From assembly GCF_006345805.1 (NCBI RefSeq), contig NC_043002.1, positions 52,328,001 through 52,392,000 of the forward strand: a stretch of 64,000 bases of DNA, written 5' to 3'. Source of the stretch: Octopus sinensis (Eukaryota). Positions within the stretch are counted from its first letter, which is position 1. Each line of letters starts with the position of its first letter. Shown here in pieces: positions 27,427 to 40,558 of the stretch. A program made the position numbers and the translations under genes. Under the pieces are notes generated by a model. It saw only the letters and a list, made by a program, of their open reading frames with translations. It made no database searches and was not told the origin of the DNA.

Positions 27427-27648
27427 AACAAAATACCAGGACTTTCAAACACATAACAAAAACACCAGGACTTTCAAACACATATAACATACAGAAAATT
27501 GCACTACTGGGCACTGCACTCATCCTACGCAAAACACTTTCAATACAGTAACCATCAGAGCAACACAACAAATCACAGCACATACCCAAGGCACACAGAG
27601 CTGCGCTCGGTAGTGAAATGAAATCACGCTATAAAAATAAAACTACTG
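27427..27648 (+). mobile_element. 5'-truncated R4/Dong-like (RLE-type) non-LTR retrotransposon 3' end in (TAA)n
   Basis: Encodes NIQKIALLGTALILRKTL*, the typical C-terminus of R4/Dong/NeSL-type REL endonuclease proteins. (AAT)n lies on both sides; Dong elements are known to target (TAA)n. Confidence 0.75.
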
Positions 27649-27661
27649 AATAGTAATGATG

Positions 27662-27719
<58 letters not shown>

Positions 27720-27724
27720 CAACA

Positions 27725-28265
27725 AACGCCCTGACGCAATGTCAGGCAGTGCTTCTCATGGCTTCTGATCTTATCTAATTGGAAGTCTTAACATAAACAT
27801 GTTTTGTTTTAGAGTAAAAGATGGGCTACAACAAATGTTCTGCTCAATAATACAGATTTGCTCGTTAGTTACTTAACCTTAACTAGTTGAGGATCTCTCT
27901 TAGTGTCTGACAATATGTGCACCTCTGATCACGAGCAGGAGTAGGTGGGGGGTCATGTGTTTAGAGGGATCCTTTGGGGTTTGAATGATTCACCTCTGAA
28001 AACATGGGTGTTTCATTCATCATCCTTAATAATAACCCTTATTCAGGGACCTTTTGAGCAAGATTGACTACTAGACCTGAAGAAAACTCCACCTGCAATG
28101 TCATGCGCTGTTTTTCTTGATATGAGGTCACCATGTCACGCGCATGCAGTTGCAATGCATGTGTCTGGTGTACCCTTATCGGACAGGTTGTCATGATGAG
28201 TATATTCAGCTTTGTATATTTGTACCCCAGCGTTACTTTGAGGGCGTGTGCTGCTCCCTCACTCA
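27725..28265 (+). mobile_element. ~550 bp (AAT)n-flanked element, copy 2
   Basis: Homologous to 28744-29300 along its length, with (AAT)n on both sides. Confidence 0.8.
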
Positions 28266-28268
28266 ATG

Positions 28269-28299
<31 letters not shown>

Positions 28300-28683
28300 T
28301 CGTTTCTATATAGGCTCAAGTACGTAACTGGTACTTATTTTATCGACCCCAAAAGGATGAAAGGCAAAGTCAAGCTCGGCGGAATTTGAACTCAGAACGG
28401 AAAGACAGACGAAATGCCGCTAAGCATTTTTCCCGGCGTGCTAATGATTCTGCCAGCACGCCGCCCTATAATTTTAAATTTTGGCACAAGACCAGCAATT
28501 TCGGGGGAGTGAGAGTAAGTCGATTACATCGACCCTAATGTTCAACTGGTACTTATTTTATCAACCCCAAGGAGATGAAAGGCAAAGTCGACTCCGAGGG
28601 AATTTGAACTCAGACCGTAAGGATGGACGAAATGCCACTAAGCATTTTGTTCGGCATGCTAACGATTCTGTCAGCTCATCGCC

Positions 28684-28729
<46 letters not shown>

Positions 28730-28743
28730 TGATAATAATAATA

Positions 28744-29299
28744 AATGCCCTGATGCAGTACCAGACAGTGGCTCTCATGGCTTCTCATCTTAACTGATTG
28801 GAGGTGTTATCATGTACATTGTTTTGTCTTAGCATAAAAGATGGGCTACAGCAAATATTCTGCTCAATACCACAGATTTGCTTGTCAGTTGATTGACCTT
28901 AACCAGTTGACCATGTCCCTTAATGGCTGGCGATATGTGCATCTCTGATCACGAGCAGAAGTAGTGGGGGAGCATCATAGCCGTGTGTTGAAAGAAATTA
29001 TTGGAGGTTTAGATAATTCACCTTTGGAAACATGGGTGGTTTATTCAACATCCTTAAGCAATCCTTATTCAGGGACCTTTTGAGAGGGTTAGGCTACTCG
29101 ACCAGGAGAAAATTCTAACTGGGCCCCACCTGCAAGGTCATGCGTTGTTTATCTTGATATGTGATCACCATGTCGCGCACATATGGTTTGATGCATGTGT
29201 CTGGTGTACCCTTATCAGACAGGTAGTCATGATGGGTATACTGGGCTTCGTATATTTTACCCCAATGTCACTTTGATGACATGCACTGCTCTCTCACTC

Positions 29300-29300
<1 letters not shown>
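28744..29300 (+). mobile_element. ~550 bp (AAT)n-flanked element, copy 3
   Basis: Runs aaatgccctgatgcagtacc...gcactgctctctcactca, with (AAT)n on both sides. Confidence 0.8.
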
Positions 29301-29348
<48 letters not shown>

Positions 29349-30077
29349 GCAATAATATAATAATAATAATAATAATAATAACAATAATAATAATAATAAC
29401 AATAATAATAATAATAATAACAATAACAACAATAATAAAAATTATAATGGTTACAAATTTTGGCACAAAGCTAGCAGTTTTAGACAAGTAGGCTTAGTCA
29501 CTACCGTCGACCAAAGTACATGATTGTTCTTTATTTTATCGACTGAGCAAGGATGAAAAACACCGGCGGAATTCGAACTCAGAACGTAATGATCCAGAAC
29601 ATATACTTCAAGGCTATTTTGTCCAATGATAGAAGAGTCCTGATCAGAGGAGATACCATTGAGTCAGCAACGGGAGAATACCTACGGAATTAAAACTGAA
29701 CTTTCGTAATTAATTGCATGCGATATATTATAATAGACATGAAAATCCGGAGGAATTTAACAGGCAAATAGCACGGTAAAATACCTACTTACATACATAT
29801 ACCTACTTGCCTACCTACATGATACAGCCATAATTTTTAAGAACTTCTTAAAATGAAAGTTATTAACTATTTAAAAAGATTTTAGAAAAACAGACTGACC
29901 CGAACCTTTAGGAAGATTTTCGCATTGTGCATGTAAGCGCTTTCGTCAGTTAAGTTTTTCTATTACACCTGATCGTTAACATTACGGCTACAGAAAATCC
30001 ATTTATTGATATATAATATTAATTGGTAGATAAAACTTTAGACAGAAAAATTAAGGCTGTTGGTTTTGAATTACAAC

Positions 30078-30570
30078 AAATCTATTATGTAAAATCCGTT
30101 CTGTCTGTGTGTGTGTGTGTCTTCTAGGATCTCGGGCATCCTCCATTCGATTGCGCTCAAATTTGATATGTAGATACCGACGGTATCAGGGCGTGTATAA
30201 GTCTTGAAAAAATTACAAAAATCGATTCCAGGTGAGAATGCGATCGATAAAGCCGTGGGAACATGCATTTGTAAAATCATTTTTCTTGGTATAGAAAAAA
30301 AGTCTATCTTTATTTCTTCTTTTGCTGGTGACTCAAATTTAGGTTAAATCAGTGTTACTCAAAGGCGAGGCTTATGGAACGGTCGGACAAGATTTTTGAG
30401 AAAATTTGTTTTAAATGTTTTACAACTCAGCACCGTCTATTGGATGGGGCCGTTTTGATCGTATATTATAAAAACGCCCATGAAAAAAATTAAGTACATC
30501 GACGTAAATTTTATGAGGATAAATCAGTAGAAAGAAGTTTTAATAGGGATCCGTGGGTGGTCAGTTTCAT
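30078..30570 (+). mobile_element. Probable non-autonomous Helitron fragment
   Basis: The 5' end a|tctattatgtaaaatccgttctgtctgtgtgtg is similar in form to the Helitron 5' end at 34314. The 3' hairpin/CTAG is not clear. Confidence 0.45.
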
Positions 30571-31095
30571 AATTAAATGAATTTCGCTTTCAGCTTTTGC
30601 AGCCTTATATAGTTACACGTGGAACTCTGCTATAACCAAAGATCTAAGTTTATTGGTTATTGTTGTGTAGATTCTCTAAAAAATATTACAAATATACTTA
30701 CACACACACACAATCTCCCTCCCCCCCACATTAATATGCACGCTTATATTTGAATATGTGTTTCATGAAAAACTTTTCCCCCAAAGATTATACATACATA
30801 GGGTCGGCACGAAGCGTTAAGCGAATGATTGTAAGAGAGCTAAATCAAACCGTGTACAGTTTTGTTTTATTATTTTGTCTCCTGCCTGAGGAACTGTAAC
30901 TCAGCACGTAAAGTCATAAAAATACTCATCAATACTGCAGTGATGACTTTTCTTCAATTCTAAATTATGGTTTATATTAGAAACGTTTAAGAGAAGGGAA
31001 ATTGACTGCTCTTTTTTATCGCTTTGTCACAAGAGAAAGAGAAGCGTCCACGAACCACCAGCCAGTCGCAGATATCACTTCAGGAATGAAGCAAA

Positions 31096-31326
31096 GGTGG
31101 TGAGCTGGCAGCAACGTTAGCACGCCGGGCGAAATGCTTAGCGGTATTTCGTCTGCCGCTACGTTCTGAGATCAAATTCCGCCGAGGTCGACTTTGCCCT
31201 TCATCCTTTCGGGGTCGATTAAATAAGTACCAGTTACGCACTGGGGTCGATATAATCGACTTAGTCCGTTTGTCTGTCCTTTTTTGTCTCTTCTGTGTAT
31301 AGCCCCGTGTGTGCAGTAAAGAAATA
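31096..31326 (+). mobile_element. tRNA-derived SINE (family B) with 14 bp target-site duplication
   Basis: Body gagctggcag...gaggtcgactttgccxttcatcctttcggggtcgattaaataagtaccag. TSD aggaatgaagcaaa at 31082-31095 and 31327-31340. Related copies at ~7620-7765(-), 10495-10710(+), 28320-28685(-), 31495-31690(+), 57400-57830(-) and 58775-59080(+). Confidence 0.9.
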
Positions 31327-32239
31327 AGGAATGAAGCAAATACTTCGTTATCTTAATGCATTTCTAATAGACAGCAGCGACTTATATGAAAAATACTTGT
31401 CTCACGCAAGACCGGAAACTTGCTTCCGATAGCCTTTTATCGGTATCTCACTTATTGCAACATTCGTCCTATTAATTACTTTAATATCATTGAGGCGGCG
31501 AGCTGGCAGAATCGTTAGCACGCCGGGCAAAATGTTCAGCGGCATTTCGTCCGTCATTATATCCCGAGTTCAAATCTCCCTTTCGAGGTCGATAAAATAA
31601 GTACCAGTCGAGCACTGGGGTCGATGTTATCGACTTGCTCCCTCCCTTGAACTTGCTCGCTTTGTGTCAAAATCTGAAACCAGTTACTTTAATATCACAA
31701 AACTCATTCATTAATCTTTGCGATTGGTGATAGGAATGGAAGAAGGTGCCCTTAAAAAGGAGACTTGCTTCAAATGAACGATCTCTGCAAAACGATCAAC
31801 ACAACGATCTCTGAAAAAGCTAGATCAAGTGCCTGTGTTAAAAATCAACAATCCAACAACAGGAATCATTCCTCCGATAGGCTTTCACACAGTTTTCATC
31901 AACCAAATTTCAATCACTTATCAAAGTTTACATTTGGCGTCTTATAAACAATGACTTGATGGATAAACAGACAAAAAACATTTAACGCTTCAGGATAATT
32001 GTCAATATCCTGTCTTTTACGAAAGTTTAGCTAAAATAACGTTATGAGGAGGAATAAATCGATATGTGGGGACATCGTATGATATAGACGTGAATATTCA
32101 GGATAATGGCGTCGCCAGATCGTCCATCACAAAATACTATTTGGTCTACATTACAAGATTATCACATATTTTCACATACAATCTATTACATAAATACATA
32201 GATACATAGATACATATGCACACACACACACATGTATAT

Positions 32240-32600
32240 ATATATATATCATAGCACTCCGTTGGTTAAGACGACGAGGGTTCCAGTTGATCCAATCATC
32301 GAACACCCTGTTCCTGAAATTAATGTGCAAGTGGCTGAGCACTCCACAGACACGTGTGCACTTAACGTAGTTCTCGGGGAGATTCAGCGTGACACAGTGT
32401 GACGAGGTTGGCCCTTTGAAATACAGGTAGAGCAGAAACAAGAAGAAAGAGTGAGAGAAAGTTGTGGTGAAAGAGTACAGCAGGGTTCACCACCACCCAC
32501 TGCCAGAGCCTCGTAGAGCTTTATTAGTCCCGGTCTAGGAATCGAAAGCGCGATCCTACAATCGCGAGTCCGCTGCCCTAACCAATGGGCCATTACGCCT
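32240..32600 (-). mobile_element. tRNA(Arg)-like-head SINE (third family)
   Basis: Minus-strand head gaggcgtaatggcccattggttagggcagcggactcgcg...tttcgattcc. The body is shared with 17650-17880. Confidence 0.75.
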
Positions 32601-32640
<40 letters not shown>

Positions 32641-32956
32641 CAAAGAGAGAGAGGGGGGAAAGAGAGTGGAAGTTGTCAAACGTCGTTATAGAGAGAAACC
32701 GGAGGGAAGTGAGGAAAGAGAGAGATCGAGGAAGAAAGGTGGATATCCGAAAGAGAAAAACCACAAACAGTTGTCAAAGTCTGGGTTTTGTTGCCCTAGT
32801 AACCACACCTTTTCAGATGGAGATTTCTAACCTAGTCTAGTCGCTTTCTCACCTTATTTTACATATCCCTGTAAAATTTCGCCGCAATCCGAGCAGGCTT
32901 ACTGCCAATGAACCCTGCATATCACTAAATGAGACACTCACACATGCCATTTCACT

Positions 32957-33035
<79 letters not shown>

Positions 33036-33036
33036 G

Positions 33037-33086
<50 letters not shown>

Positions 33087-33380
33087 ATATATATATATAT
33101 ACATATATATAATACATGTATATATATATATATATACATGTATATATATATATGTATAATATATATATATACATGTATATATATATGTATATATATGTAT
33201 ATATATATATATGTATATATGTATATATATATGTATATATGTATATATATATATGTATATATATATATATGTATATATATAATATATGTATATATGTATA
33301 TATAACATGTATATATATGTATATATATATATATTAATATATATATATATATACATATATATCTATATATATTATATATG

Positions 33381-33432
<52 letters not shown>

Positions 33433-33436
33433 ATAG

Positions 33437-33516
<80 letters not shown>

Positions 33517-33589
33517 TAATATATATATATATATTCAATATGTGACTGCTTGCGTATCGTTGGCGATTTTCTTCTTCCCTTCTTTGGAC

Positions 33590-33670
33590 GTTTTCTATAT
33601 TTCTGATGAAGAGCTCTGCTCGAAACGCGAGATCCTCTTTCTTTTCTTTCCTTTCATGAGCGTCCAATAA
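33590..33670 (+). ncRNA. Hammerhead-like core in a (TA)n-adjacent dispersed repeat
   Basis: CTGATGA-A-GAGC-TCT-GCTC-GAAA-CGC...GCG-TC. Helix I is weak (4 bp after a mismatch). A decayed homolog lies at ~48075-48150. Confidence 0.5.
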
Positions 33671-33765
33671 CACAGTACTTGTACCACGTCTTCACGTTGT
33701 TATTTTTACTCGCTTGTTCTTGTTTGAATTGACTATATTAATATATATATATAAATATATATATG

Positions 33766-34198
33766 TAATCAAAATAAGCAACAAGAATATAACCTCCTTT
33801 CCACTTTAATTTTCTTTAGGAATAACTTCTGGCATTTATTTCACCCCTACCTACTTCTATAAATAGAAATCTCTTTTGTCTCCATTCAAAAGAATATCCC
33901 TCCCCACTTTCTAGCAGTTCAAAATAACTTAAAGAATATTCTTCAGTCAGAAGATAAGTTCTAACACCTTAATGTTCTTAACATTCAAATCAACATCTCT
34001 GCCTACATATCTACCCTCTTTATAATGTTATTAATTAACATGAAAATAATTATATGTATTGATGGAAAACATCTATAAACGGCTGATGATTGCTCAACAT
34101 TTTATACTGTTGTAATACTTACAATGTTTAATAAAATGATATAGCCTGAAACGATCGTACCAAATAAACGAAGATATTTTTGTTGCTTATTTTGATTA
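33766..34198 (+). mobile_element. 433 bp element with 25 bp terminal inverted repeats and a degenerate hammerhead-like motif (Penelope-like or MITE)
   Basis: taatcaaaataagcaacaagaatat (33766-33790) matches the reverse complement of 34174-34198 at 24/25. CTGATGA at 34083 and GAAA-CGATCG-TA at 34148-34159. Confidence 0.55.
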
Positions 34199-34313
34199 TA
34201 ATCACCCTATGGATTTATATGGATAACACCGTACAAAATTCTGGTGCATCTAACTTAAGTACCATATTCATTTGAATCTAAATTTTGCTGAAAGTATATA
34301 TATATTATATATA

Positions 34314-37300
34314 TCTCTCTATATATAAACGGCAGTTTGTCTGTGCGTGCTTCTGTGTGTCTGTTTTCTCGTACCCTCACCCTGACCACGGCTTTCAACC
34401 GATTCTGATGAAACTTGACACACACATAGCCCAATGTCATAATTCAAAACTAACGCAAGCGAAAAATTTTGAAAAGTTCCCCCAGTTCTGAAAAAAATTG
34501 ATAAATTCGACATGGGGTCGAGAATCATAAACAACGAACCAGACTGTCTAGGGGGCGCAACTCGAGAATCTAAGCTTTTTTTATGCAACGCATTATCTAT
34601 GGTAGTTTTCACAACTTGCAATCGATTTTCACCAAACTCATGGTGAAGCTTAATGTTACCCTAAGAAACTCAATTCTGACGTTAGTTTTCCATGCAATAC
34701 CTTACCATCAGAAACAATCGATAAAATCATGCCATTTTGGGAAATCGCGTTCAAATTCAAGATGACATATTTTCGACAATATCTTTCACAAATTGGCAGG
34801 AATCTTTTTTTTTTTTACAACGAGCATCATGTCTGCTCCAAGGAGCTATATAGCCCTTTTTATTCCAATAGGATACATTATTGGAAAAAATCGGTTAATT
34901 TAATCATATGTGGCACACATAGCAAACAAATTTGTGTATTAAACACAAACCAGACTGTCTAGGGGACGCAACTTGACCTTTTTAGCTATCGATAATTCGA
35001 TCCAACCAATTCCTACCAGGAGAAATTACATTCGAGACTTTACCCCCAACACCGCCACTTCTGCTAATAGCTGCTGCAGCCGCAAGTTATTCGAATACTT
35101 TTTTTGTTTAAACTTCTTTATAACTACCACCCCAAACGTTTTACCTTCAATTTTTGACGTACCCTAACGGTCCTCGGACGCTACTTGCAAACTCTTGGTT
35201 TATTATAACCACTTTTGTCGTGTGCATCAAAAAACTTTTCCTTCGTTTGTTCAGTTTGATCACTTTTGACTTTTTCGTTGTTGTCACTCACATTGCTGCC
35301 AGCTTTTTGGCCGTTTTTGTACATTTTTATACATTTTCGGATACTTACCCCACGAGCTCCTTTTTATTACACCTTTACCAACACATTGCTATCCACCAAA
35401 ATACTTACCCCACGTGTTCCTTTTTATTACACCTTTGCCAAACACATTGCTATCCACCAAAATGCCACCCAAGAAGAGAAGGACCCTCCTCAGCCCTCGG
35501 ACGGCCAAGGCATCGACTGCTAGGGCTAGAAGGGCACGCGAGACCCACGAGGAAACCGCCTTGCGCCTCTCGCAAACAGCTTCCCGTTATGCCGCTGCTC
35601 AGGCATCTGAAACTACTAGCGACCGTTCTACCCGACTTGCAAGGGTCGCAGCGTACAGATCTTCTCTCCGCTCGAGGTTGACGAAAGAGCAACAGTCCAG
35701 CCAAAACATGCGGGCTTCTTACTGTGCTTCCATCCGCAGAGCTCGCGAGAACCCCGAACAAAGGGCCATTCGGAATGCGGCTAACGCCACTAGCACCGCC
35801 GGGACACGATCTGTCGAAACCTCACAGCAGAGGAGAACTCGCCAAGATGCTGACGCCGCAAACAAAGCCATGGCCAAAGCTGCCGAAACACCTCAACAGA
35901 GGAGAGCTCGCCAAGCTGCTAACGCCGCAAACACAGCCAGGGCTCGATCTGCCGAAACTCCACACACCAACGGACTATTCGGACATCCAGACATGCCATT
36001 AACACTGCTTCTGCTAGGGCTTCAGAGGGTGCTGAGGCGAGAGCTGAAAGGCTTCCAAGGATGCCACTGCTACCGCTGTCGCACGTGCATCTGAATCTGC
36101 TGAGGCACGGTGCACTCGACTTGAGAGTATCAAACCACGTCGGGATATCATTCGTGGTGTACGTACCCACCCTGCCCCCGCTTTCTGGTTGTCACTAGCA
36201 TTCAACTACGACGCCACAATTAACTTCTCCTTGCGTGACGACATCAAGATAGGGTCAATGACAATTGTATGCCAATTTTGCAAAGCCAAGAAATGGCCGG
36301 AGAGCCACCTGGTTTGTGCTGCTCTGGTGGCAAAGTGGACCTGCCACCCCTACGGGAACCACCTCAACCACTGAAGGATCTCGCGGTGGGTTTAACCCCC
36401 GATTCGTCACAATTCCTTGAAATATTCGAAAGTACAACTGCTCATTCCAAATGACCTCTTTCGGGGCCAAAATTCCTCCCAGAGAAGGCTGGATGCCTAC
36501 TTTCAAAGTGCAGGGACAGGTCTACCATCTTATTGGGTCACTTCTGCCAGACGAGATTCAGCAGTCTTCTTTCCTCCAAATATACTTCATTGCCGACTAC
36601 AACCACCAGGTTGATGCACGCCTTGGAATAATACCGGGTACAAGCTATGTTCCCCGCAAAGACATTCTTCTCCGTCTCCAAACCATGCTTCATGATATCA
36701 ACAGCTACGTCTGCAGCTGCTTCAGATATGCCTTGGACAGTGCTCCATCTCCAAACTTCACCGTTGTCATTGATGCTGATAAACGACCCCACGGAGCACG
36801 AACGCCGTTTCAACGCACCTGCGTGCAACGAAATTGCCGCAGTCATACACGGAGAGCAACACAACAGCCGTGACATAATCATCTCCTCCCGTGGTAACAA
36901 CCTACACAGGATCAGCGAGACTCACAGATCTTATGACGCGCTTCAGTATCCATTGCTTTTCCCTTATGGGGAAGACGGCTACCACTTCGGAATTCCTTTA
37001 CGGCAGCCCTCCAATGAAAACTACTGCGGCATCAAAGACGGTTTCCTGCAGAGCGTTCTACTCATACCGTTTCATGGTCAGGGACGGTGAGTTCAACTTA
37101 TTGCCCCGTTGTCGTCAGCTATTCAACCAGTCGCCGTCGACATGGCCGCAAAAATGGAATCGGAAAGGCTGCTATACATTAAACTTAATCAGACCAAACT
37201 TCGCTCCGACTCCTACATTCATCTCCGTGACGGTTTGCAACAAGAAAATGACCCTCGCAACATCGGCAAGCCATGCATTCTTCTACCCTCCACCTTCACG

Positions 37301-40300
37301 GGAGGACCGCGATATATGTGTGAAAGGACCCAAGACGCCTTGACCTACGTGCGCATTTACGGCCGGCCGGACCTCTTTATCACCTACACGTGCAATCCCA
37401 GCTGCGACGAAATCACTCGCGAACTCCTCCCGGGTCAATCTCACACCCATCGACACGACATCGTTGCTAGGGTTTTCCGTCTGAATTTGGGCAAAATAAA
37501 GGATTTGATAGTTAAGGGTCAGATTTTCGGCATGTCAGGTGCCACATGTTTTCGGTCGAGTGGCAAAAGAGGGGCTTGCCACATGCTCACATCTTAATTT
37601 GGCTCACTCATAAAATCGAGACTAATGACATTGACAAATTCATTTCCGCCGAGATTCCTGACCCCGATGAGGACCCCGGACTCTACGACGAATTGTCCGC
37701 AACTACCATGGTAACACGGGCCCTGTGGACCAAATTACGCCAACACACCATGCTACAAAAACGGATTAGCCTGCTCAAAGGGATTCCCTAAACGGTTCAC
37801 TTTGGAGACTCAAACAGGCGGCGATGGGTATCCGCTGTACAAACGAAGGAGTCCAGCCAATGGAGGCCGCACGATTACGGTTGGGCGACATCAAGTGGAC
37901 GACAGCTACATTGTCCCCTACTGTCCTCTCCTGTCGAAGATATTCAAAGCCACGTCAACGTTGAGTTCTGCAGCTCCATCAGGTCAATACAATATGTCTG
38001 CAAATATATCAACAAAGGCAGCGATGCTGCCATGTTCAGCATCCAGAGACCACCAGTCGCGACGAAGTGTCCAACTACTTGGCTGGCCGGTACCTCAGCA
38101 GCAACGAAGCGTTTTGGCGCATTTACGACTTCCCGCTCCATCAGAGACACCCGGCTGTGGTGCAGCTTGCTGTACACTGGAAATGGACAGCGGATTTACT
38201 TCACAGAGCAAAGTGCTGTGCAGATAGCCACCAGCCCTAAAGACACAGCGTTGACTGGTTTCTTCAAATTATGCCAACGTGATGACTTCGCTCGAACGCT
38301 TTTGTACCCACAGGTCCCATCGTACTTCGTGGGTCTAAAAACACCTGGGTTCGACGGAAATCCGGCAAAAACGTCGAAAGCTTCCCAGGCGTCAAGTTTG
38401 ACGCCTGCCTGGGTCGAGTTTACAACATCCCGCCAAACCAGCAAGAATGCTTCTACCTACTCCGTCTCCTTCTACATGAGGTCACTGGTCCAACAGGTTT
38501 CGCCAATATACGTACCGTCAATGGGGTCTGTGCGACACCTTCAGGGAAGCATGTATGAGACTTGGCCTTCTAGAGGATGACTCCCAGTGGGACGCCACGA
38601 TGGCAGAGGGTGCTTTACTGCAAACGCATTCGGCCCTACGACATCTTTTCGCAATCCTTCTTCAAAAATGTCAGCTTAGTGATCCACTAAGTCTCTGGAT
38701 GAAATACAGGGATGACATGTCGCACGACTTCTTACGTACGGCTCAGCAACACTGCCCTTCCGCCGAGATCACGTTCACCAACTTCATTTACAATTTTGCG
38801 CTCATTCAACTCGAAGACGCTGTCATCGATATGGGTGGGTCTGCTTTAACAGAGTACGGCCTTCCACCACCCACACGTGAACACGCCAATGTTATGTCTG
38901 CTGAATTGTTACGCGAAACTTCCTACTGCATTGAGGAACTGCACCAGTACGTCCAAGATAATGAGCCACGGCTGCTTCCAGACCAGCGCATAGCCTACAA
39001 CACCATCGTAGATTCTGTCAGACAGCAACGTGGGGGATTTTCTTCTTCCTTGATGCACCCTCGGCACTGGCAAAACCTTCGTCACTAAACTAATTCTGGC
39101 AGAGGTCAGACGCAACACACGGGACTTGCCCTGGCTGTAGCTTCCTCTGGTATCGCGGCCACGTTGCTTCCGGGTGGCAGAACCGCCCACTCTTCCTTCA
39201 GACTCCCGCTCGATCTGGCAAAGTCCGAGTCTACTATCTGCAACATCGCCAAGAACTCAGAACAGGCCGACATTCTGCACAGATGCAAACTCATCGTATG
39301 GGACGAGTGCACTATGGCACACAAAGGCGCCCTTGAGGCACTGGACAGGTCCCTGCAAGACATCAGAGACTCTACGGCCCCCATGGGAGGATTAACTTTA
39401 CTTCTTTCAGGAGACTTCAGGCAGACTCTACCTGTTATTCCAAAGGAACCCGTGCCGATGCCGTGCACGCGTGCCTTAAGTCGTCAGCTCTTTGGGCACA
39501 TGTGCGGCCCTTGCACTCCAAACTAACATGCGCGCGCAGTTAATTGGTGACAGCGGATCCGCTGCATTCTCCAGGGACCTCTTATCGCTCGGTGAAAATA
39601 GGATGCTGTCTGATGCGGATGGCTACGTTCAATTGGACCCACTTTGCACCATTGTCGACACCCCTGCTAGCCTCCGGGATGCTGTCTTCCACGACCTACA
39701 AAACAATTTACGCGACCTAAAATGGCTGGCAGGCAGAGCTATTCTCTCACCCAAAAATACAACCGTCAACTCCATCAATATCCAGCTACTTGAAGCTATT
39801 CCTGGTGATGTCCACGTCTACAAATCTATAGATAGGACAGCAGACCCCGCCCAGCTTGCCGATTATCCTGTTGAATTCCTGAATTCACTTGAACCGCCAG
39901 GCTGCCACCACACATCCTGAAGTTAAAAGTCGGTGCGCCCATTATGCTCATCAGGAATTTGGTTCCACCTAAACAGGCAACGGCACACGTTTGGTTGTGA
40001 AACATTTGGCACCACATTTAATAACGGCCACAATACTTACCGGTTGTGGAAGGGAGAGGACGTCTTCATTCCACGATGCACCTTCAACCGTCGGGCGCTG
40101 ACCTACCAATCCACTTCAGGCGTTCTCAGTTTCCTGTTAAACTCTGCTTCGCAATGTCCATCAATAAATCCCAAGGCCAAACGCTACAAGTCGCTGGGTT
40201 ACATTTGGGCGAACAGTGCTTCGCCCACGGTCAACTCTACGTGGGCTGTTCACGCGTTGGGAGGCGCAATGATGTTTTCATGTTTTCGCCCAAACGGACA

Positions 40301-40458
40301 GCTAGGAACATCGTATATACAGAAGTATTCCAGTGAAGACAAGACATTGCAACGTCCACATGCACCTTCGTTCCCTGGAGGGAAAGGACTACATTGGGAT
40401 TAGTCGTTGCCTACTAGGGGCTCTTACATACCCGGGCAACGCCGGGCTATGCTGCTAT
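34314..40458 (+). mobile_element. Near-full-length autonomous-type Helitron (~6.1 kb)
   Basis: 5' A|TC terminus (tctctctatatataaac...gtttgtctgt). 3' GC hairpin cccgggcaacgccggg (40431-40446) followed by CTAT|T, a CTRR variant. Contains a Rep/helicase coding region. Confidence 0.93.
35462..40336 (+). pseudogene. Helitron Rep/helicase (STPR-like repeats, Zn finger, HUH Rep, PIF1 helicase), split by multiple frameshifts
   Basis: MPPKKRR start; 23-aa ETxQQRRxRQ repeats; CQFCKAKKW..E....CCSGG; GRPDLFITYTCNP; VEWQKRGLPHAHILIWL; Walker A GTGKT (39063-39077); GGRTAHS; LIVWDECTM; GDFRQTLPV; QFPVKLCFAMSINKSQGQTL; HGQLYVGCSRVG. Confidence 0.93.
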
Positions 40459-40517
40459 TATATATTATATATATATATATATAATATATATATATACATT
40501 AATATATATATATAAAT

Positions 40518-40558
<41 letters not shown>

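Noticed and set aside
32535-32600. tRNA-Arg-like sequence on the minus strand
   Set aside because: It continues directly into a SINE body shared with other copies, with no complete cloverleaf; it is a SINE head, not a tRNA gene.
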